Below are positions 57,051 through 64,000 of a stretch of DNA of 64,000 nt, piece after piece. The translations under genes and the position numbers were made by a program. The number at the start of each line of letters is the position of its first letter. Positions within the stretch are counted from its first letter, which is position 1. Source of the DNA: Eledone cirrhosa (Eukaryota); the NCBI GenBank assembly GCA_964016885.1, contig OZ024751.1:37944001-38008000 (forward strand). Direction: 5' to 3'. The notes below the pieces were generated by a model. That model made no database searches. It was not told the DNA's origin and saw only the letters and a list, made by a program, of their open reading frames with translations.

Positions 57051-57430
57051 TATCTCTATTTGTAACAACCTCACTCTAACTAACTCACATTTTCTATATA
57101 TATATATATCAATCTCTATCTCTATCTCTATAAGCCTCTATCTCTCTCTCCCTCCCCTCTCTCTCTTTCTCTCTCTCCCTCTCTTCTCTACACTTCAGCT
57201 CTTGTTCTGCTGAAACAAATCTCAATTTGATATCGATTAGATCTCAGTTCTAGGAAATATCGTTACGGTATTTGACAGCTTAGAAGATGCAGAAGGCTAA
57301 GACGGTAGGTGTCGCTTCCTATAGCAGCTCACAGCTATAGATAGTCTTAGGGAATGGAACCGAGCTCAGGAACAATATAAACTCATGGCTATAACCGCTT
57401 CAGTCTGGAATATAACACCATATACATAAC

Positions 57431-57481
<51 letters not shown>

Positions 57482-57483
57482 TG

Positions 57484-57606
<123 letters not shown>

Positions 57607-57671
57607 AAAAAAGGAAAAGAATGACTTCACTTGTAGTTCTAAACAATTAGATTTAATTTTATAATATTAGA

Positions 57672-57727
57672 ACTCGGATCTAGCTGGCGAAAAGCCGGAA
57701 CTCAGCCACCGGGGTCCTGACTCTTTT

Positions 57728-57730
<3 letters not shown>
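57672..57730 (+). mobile_element. Degenerate family B fragment
   Basis: 'gcgaaaagccggaactcagccaccggggtcctgactcttttcct' followed by (TA)n. Confidence 0.5.
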
Positions 57731-57778
<48 letters not shown>

Positions 57779-57830
57779 ATGTATGTCTGCATGCATGAGC
57801 CCACGTATGTATTATGTAGATATGTAAATA

Positions 57831-57899
<69 letters not shown>

Positions 57900-58181
57900 A
57901 TTTGTGGGTGTGTATGTGCGAGTGGAACTGTGTGGATTGAGGTTGCCTAGAATAAAGACATTATATTTATTATATTACAGTAGAATAAATATTATTACAT
58001 ATCCACGAGTTTAATTTCAGAAAAACGTTCCCTTGCTCCAATCATATCCAGCAGAAAAATGATCTATTATATCATATAATTACATATATGATATGAAAAT
58101 ATTTAATATACGTGATATGTATGCGCTGTGAACATCTGTAGGCAGACATACACCCGTACATGCATATATAACTATATACAT

Positions 58182-58277
<96 letters not shown>

Positions 58278-58331
58278 TGTATATATATATGTGTGTGTGA
58301 GTGAATATATATATACATACATTTATATATA

Positions 58332-58415
<84 letters not shown>

Positions 58416-58475
58416 TGTATATATATATATGTGTGTGTGAGTAAATATATATATACATACATTTATATATATATT

Positions 58476-58554
<79 letters not shown>

Positions 58555-58621
58555 ATGTATTCTATGTATGTATATCCGTGTGAATTCATTGTTTTATAGA
58601 GAAAGTAGAGGAAAAGGAAAG

Positions 58622-58701
<80 letters not shown>

Positions 58702-58991
58702 CTGTGTGTGTTTCCTCTCCCCCTACATTCTCTTGTGGAAGGAGGAGAGGTGCAGGAGGTATATCGAGAGAGAGAATGAAAGAATAATCTATGGCAAGAA
58801 AAGCTGGTAGTCTTAACATAAATGAACATTGCTATATTCATGTTATTTATTATGAACAGAAATAATACAGAACAAATAGACGAACATTTATGAGCCAGCA
58901 CGTAAATATATTTTAGCATTATACATATGCGGAGACATACTCAGACATACACATCTACATTTATACAGACATCTACCGAGACGCACACACG

Positions 58992-59088
<97 letters not shown>

Positions 59089-59141
59089 GATGATAATTGT
59101 ATGTTTATATGCATTTGTATATGTACTTGTATACACACACC

Positions 59142-59198
<57 letters not shown>

Positions 59199-59257
59199 GA
59201 AGATTGTATGTTTATATGCATTTGTATATGTACTTGTATACACACACCCACACACAA

Positions 59258-59311
<54 letters not shown>

Positions 59312-60011
59312 CGTCTATATATTTCTAAGTACGACCCAACTACGACCCATCTACGTGCCTGTATTTGTACGTGCTAATGAGTAAAAATCATGTGGAAGGT
59401 TCATTCACAAAAGCACGTTTATTCTAATACCGACATTTTCTTTCTAATCCTGGATAATATTTGTGCAACTCACTTAAACGTGGAAAGCCTAAATGAAATG
59501 AAACGAAATGGCCGCTAAAGCCGAGAAGTTGGTGGTGATGGTGGGTGGAATTCAAAACCTGATTTGCTAAATTAGATGTAGATTTTTCACTGTAAAATAT
59601 CGCATTTCAGAGCAGATTGAGTGAAACATCAACTCTATCTAAAATGGCCGCAACAGATTAATTTCTAAATGAAATATTATTTAGTCTATTCTTCTAATCC
59701 TTCAATAAATGGATTGTATATTTATTTTATTCGTTTATTATTTCTTCACTAATTTCAGTTATAATACTGCGACCATGCTGGGGCAAAACACATAGGAAGG
59801 AATTTGCGTTTTTTATTATTTATCGATATCTTTTTCTCGAAGCGCTTTGTAGATGTTCACGTAGACGAGCACACATGCACTTGCACACACACAAGAATAT
59901 CTATCTATCTTTCTTTCTCTCTCTATCTCTCTCTCTATATATATATATATATATAATTGGTGTTGGAAGCTTAAAGCGTCCGCATGCGGTAAATCTGCTT
60001 CGTAGAATCAA

Positions 60012-60109
60012 GACGTATCTGAGGACCTTGCGATTTTCAGAGTCAGGTTCAATCATCACATCGATCGTGCCTCGAGCTGGTCGGCAGAGAAACAATATTG
60101 TAATATGTC
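60012..60109 (+). ncRNA. Type I hammerhead ribozyme with long stem II (family C-related), within a ~155-bp insert in (TA)n
   Basis: Stem I GACGTAT/ATATGTC (7 bp); CTGAGGA; imperfect stem II; GAA-ACAATATTGT-A (perfect 10-nt palindrome, GUA site). Confidence 0.8.
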
Positions 60110-60116
60110 CAATATA

Positions 60117-60164
<48 letters not shown>

Positions 60165-60191
60165 GTATATATATGTATGTATATATGTTTA

Positions 60192-60227
<36 letters not shown>

Positions 60228-61007
60228 TGTATGTATGTATGTATGTATGTATATATATGCTTGTGCTGTGTACAAGCTTCCTCTCCTTTCAGCCCTTTTG
60301 CCCGGTTACATTATTTTCTTACTCACGTCAATATTCCTTTTTCTTCTCTCCCCAAAACATCCTCTCTTCTCTGAAACTATCTTCCCAAGAAGAGCTAGCG
60401 TCAGAAACGTTAAGATTATTTTCCAAATATATCAGGCCTTTCACTAACATACCATCATTTTACTGTATTGTTCTGCTGTGTTATTATTCCTTGTTGACTT
60501 TTCTGATATATACAGGTCTACCAAATTTCACTCACAACATAGCAAGACACTTGACTAAGTGACCACGGAATGACTGAAACAAACCAGAACCACGTGGTTG
60601 CGAGGTAAACTCACAAACCACAATACTCTTTTCTCTATATACTTATTTATTCATTCATTTATTTACTCATATATTTATTTGTGATTTGTTTCATTGCTTT
60701 CTTTGAGAAGAGAAGAAAATATATATTTGTTGACCTACACGGAGCAGCATATAAATATACCAGGACAAGAGAAATATCTAATGAATTGGTTCCAGTAGTG
60801 AGTTATTGTATCGATAACTGATCGATGCTATTCTATCGATCACTCTCACTAATATAGTAATTTCTTCTATGGCTTCAGGCTGGCCAACATTAAATAAGCG
60901 AACAACAATGGGATCGATTTAATCCACCACACTACATAGTTGATTTCTATTGTATCGATGACGGAAGCATGAATGTTGCAATAACAACAACAAAAACAAT
61001 GATAATA

Positions 61008-61210
61008 CTTTCTGCTTTTGGACCCAGGCCAGCAATTTCAAGGAGAGGAGGAAAAGTTGATTAAATCCACCCTAGTGTGTTACTGGTACTCCGTATGAAT
61101 AAAAAGTAAAACTCACATCGGTGGGATTTGAACAAAGGATATAAATGGCCGTAAAACATGCAAATGCCGCAAAGCATTGTGTCCAACGCTCCACCGATAC
61201 TGCCAATCCA
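61008..61210 (-). mobile_element. Older tRNA-derived SINE (Meta-like domain)
   Basis: Reverse complement 'tggattggcagtatcggtggagcgttggacac...tgttcaaatcccaccgatgtgag'. Confidence 0.75.
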
Positions 61211-62399
61211 TAATAATAATAATAACAATGATGAGTCAAAGTGACATTATGAGTCTTGATAACATCAAGCAAATGGCTCTCCACCCGTGGCTATTCATCG
61301 TTATTTTTTGCTTTCTTTTTCTCTTTCTTAAACCAACACACTATCCCTAGGCTCCCATTATCATTTCTTTATTATAAGACGGGGGAATGGTTTGGTTTGA
61401 TGTGTATTTTGTTGTTACTTCTAAAACTCGTAAGGCTAGAAAGTTTTGCTTGCAACGTATGATAACTAATGTTGTGTCGAAGTAAAATATATAATACAAA
61501 ATAAAAATGATAATAATATAAATAAATAAATGTTGAGAAATGAACCATCAACAATCCTTCAAGCGTAATAAACCTACATATTTTAAAGTAAGACAAACGA
61601 CTTATCTCAGTAGTTTTACCAAGTCAAGTTTTTCTCATCGCTACTTTCCTTTCCATTTCTCTGGCATGTTTTTCCTGGTTTCCTTCCAATCCCGTTTTCA
61701 TCACTCCCCTTATCATGATTACTTTAAAACCAGCCTCCTCTTCTTCTTCATCATCTTCTTTTCTATTCCCCTTCTCATTTTCTCCACTCACATATTTTCT
61801 TCTTTTCATTCTCTCTAACTTATTTTTTCTACTTTCCCTTTCAATCACATTTTGTCATGTGTTTATATTTTTGTTGTTGTTTTATAGCCGTTTCTCTTCA
61901 GTCATTCTCTCATTTATTTTACACTCCCTGTCTTCCGCTGTTTCCAGTGTTCAAGCCTACCTTAGAGCAAGTATCTGTTTTATTTTCCCCCAGCATACTA
62001 TCAAAAGATATTTAGATATTCCCTTTCATCGCAGTTCCAATCGCTGTTTTATTTGTTTATATTTATGTTTTTCTTAACCATTTTTTCTATTTTTTCTTTC
62101 TTTTTTATCGCTTTATTCCTCGCTCGAACTTATCCACTTAATTTATTGCCATCCTTTTTAGCGTTTCACTGCGGCCATCTTAGACCAGGCAACATGTCAC
62201 TAGAAAAGTAATTCCCAACACTAAAGAGTGCATTGAAGTATACACTGGAACGCACTCTAGCGGAAGGGACAAAACACATTATGTGTAAACCCCATAGCCA
62301 TCTTCTCTCCTCCATATACACGAATTCTCTACAGCTACGGTTCGAAAAGCTAAGGGTTTTAATGTTGATATTGTGGTTACCATTGTGTTTTTCGCCTGT

Positions 62400-62912
62400 T
62401 AATATTATAGCTGTTGTTATCGTTATTGTTGTAGTTATCGCTGTTGTTGTTGTCGTCGTTATTGTTGTAGTTATCGCTGTTGTTGTCGTTATTGTTGTAG
62501 TGGTCGCTGTTGTTCTTGTTGATGTCGTTATTGTTGTAGTTATCGCTGTTGTTGTCGTTATTGTTGTAGTGGTCGCTGTTGTTCTTGTTGATGTCGTTAT
62601 TGTTGTAGTTATTGTTATAGTGATCGCTGTTATTGTTGTTGATGTTGTTGTCGTCGTTATTTTTGTAGTTATTGTTGTAGTTATCGCTGTTCTTGTTGTT
62701 GATGTTATTGTTGTAGGTGATGCTGTTGTTGTTGTAGTAGTAGTTATCGCTGTTGTTGATGATGATGATGATGATGATGATGATGCTGTTGTTGTTGTTG
62801 ATAATGTTGTTGTTGTTGTTGTTGTTGTTGTGTTATAGTTGTTGTCGTCGTTATTGCTGTAGTTATCGCTGTTCTTGTTGTTGATGTTATTGTTGTTGAT
62901 GATGATGTTGTT

Positions 62913-62951
<39 letters not shown>

Positions 62952-63265
62952 GCTGTTGTTGTTGTTGTTGTTGTCACCATTGTTGATGTGTTTCTGGCGA
63001 TATATTTTCATGTTGTTTTATGTTTTATCATGGCTGCTGCTGGTTGTTTCTTGTTTTTTGACTGTTTGTTTTTTGTCATATGTCTTATAGTCCCTTTTTA
63101 TATGTATGTTGTTGTTGTTATTGTTGTTGTCGTAGTCGTTAATGTGAGTGTTGGCAGTGTTGGTGTTACCTGTTTTGTTGTTGTTGTGGTGGTGATGGTG
63201 GTGATGGTGGTGGCAGTGGTGGTGGTAATGGTGGTGGTAATGGTGATGGTGGTGGTGTTGGTTTT
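62400..63265. repeat. Degenerate (GTT)-based trinucleotide and minisatellite region
   Basis: Repeated 'gttattgttgtagttatcgctgtt' units plus GAT/GTT/GGT runs. Confidence 0.9.
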
Positions 63266-63421
63266 GTTATTAACTGGTCATGATATGTTTTTCCATTCAA
63301 TATATTCTGTTATTTAACCACAGGTCAGCTTTAAAGAAGCACGTTTCTGATCATAGGAGACATTCCAAATTTGACCACCCCGTTTTTGTATATATATATA
63401 TATATGTGTGTGTTAATGTGT

Positions 63422-63803
<382 letters not shown>

Positions 63804-64000
63804 TATATATATATATATATTAATATATCCTTGTAGAAACTATGTACCATGGCTTTAAATATATCGGTTTAGTGGGAATATATATAGATGGAATTTAGCT
63901 ACTGCTATATCTACCATTTCCAGCGACCACGTATAGGTTTCCTCGTGCTGGTCACCATAGTGACAGTATGACAGATGTCGCTATGGTTGTTGTTTAATGT

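Noticed and set aside
60385-60415. 'caagaagagctagcgtcagaaacgttaaga' as an active hammerhead
   Set aside because: The core is mutated and there is no UH site in register; at most a decayed relative of 6908-6939.

Overview
AT-rich, microsatellite-saturated eukaryotic DNA, probably cephalopod (Octopus-like), inferred from the SINE types and repeat landscape. I found no convincing host protein-coding gene; almost all long ORFs are translations of simple repeats. Recognisable parts are tRNA-derived SINEs, truncated non-LTR retrotransposons (a Dong/R4-type REL endonuclease end inside (TAA)n, CRE-type C-termini, and an RTE-type copy with a 5' inversion), a ~62-bp hairpin-containing minisatellite (~5.8 kb), and a 45-bp array made from a SINE head (~2.6 kb). 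The main signal the ORF track does not explain is a set of at least five families of short non-coding elements, mostly inserted in (TA)n tracts. They carry type I hammerhead ribozyme motifs (CUGANGA...GAAA...UH) with short, often palindromic stem III. Many are folded back into inverted or palindromic structures, and several share an RTYGAGTRC motif about 30-60 nt before the (TA)n junction. This fits Penelope-like pseudo-LTR or retrozyme-like elements. All structures were read by eye and coordinates are approximate to a few bases.
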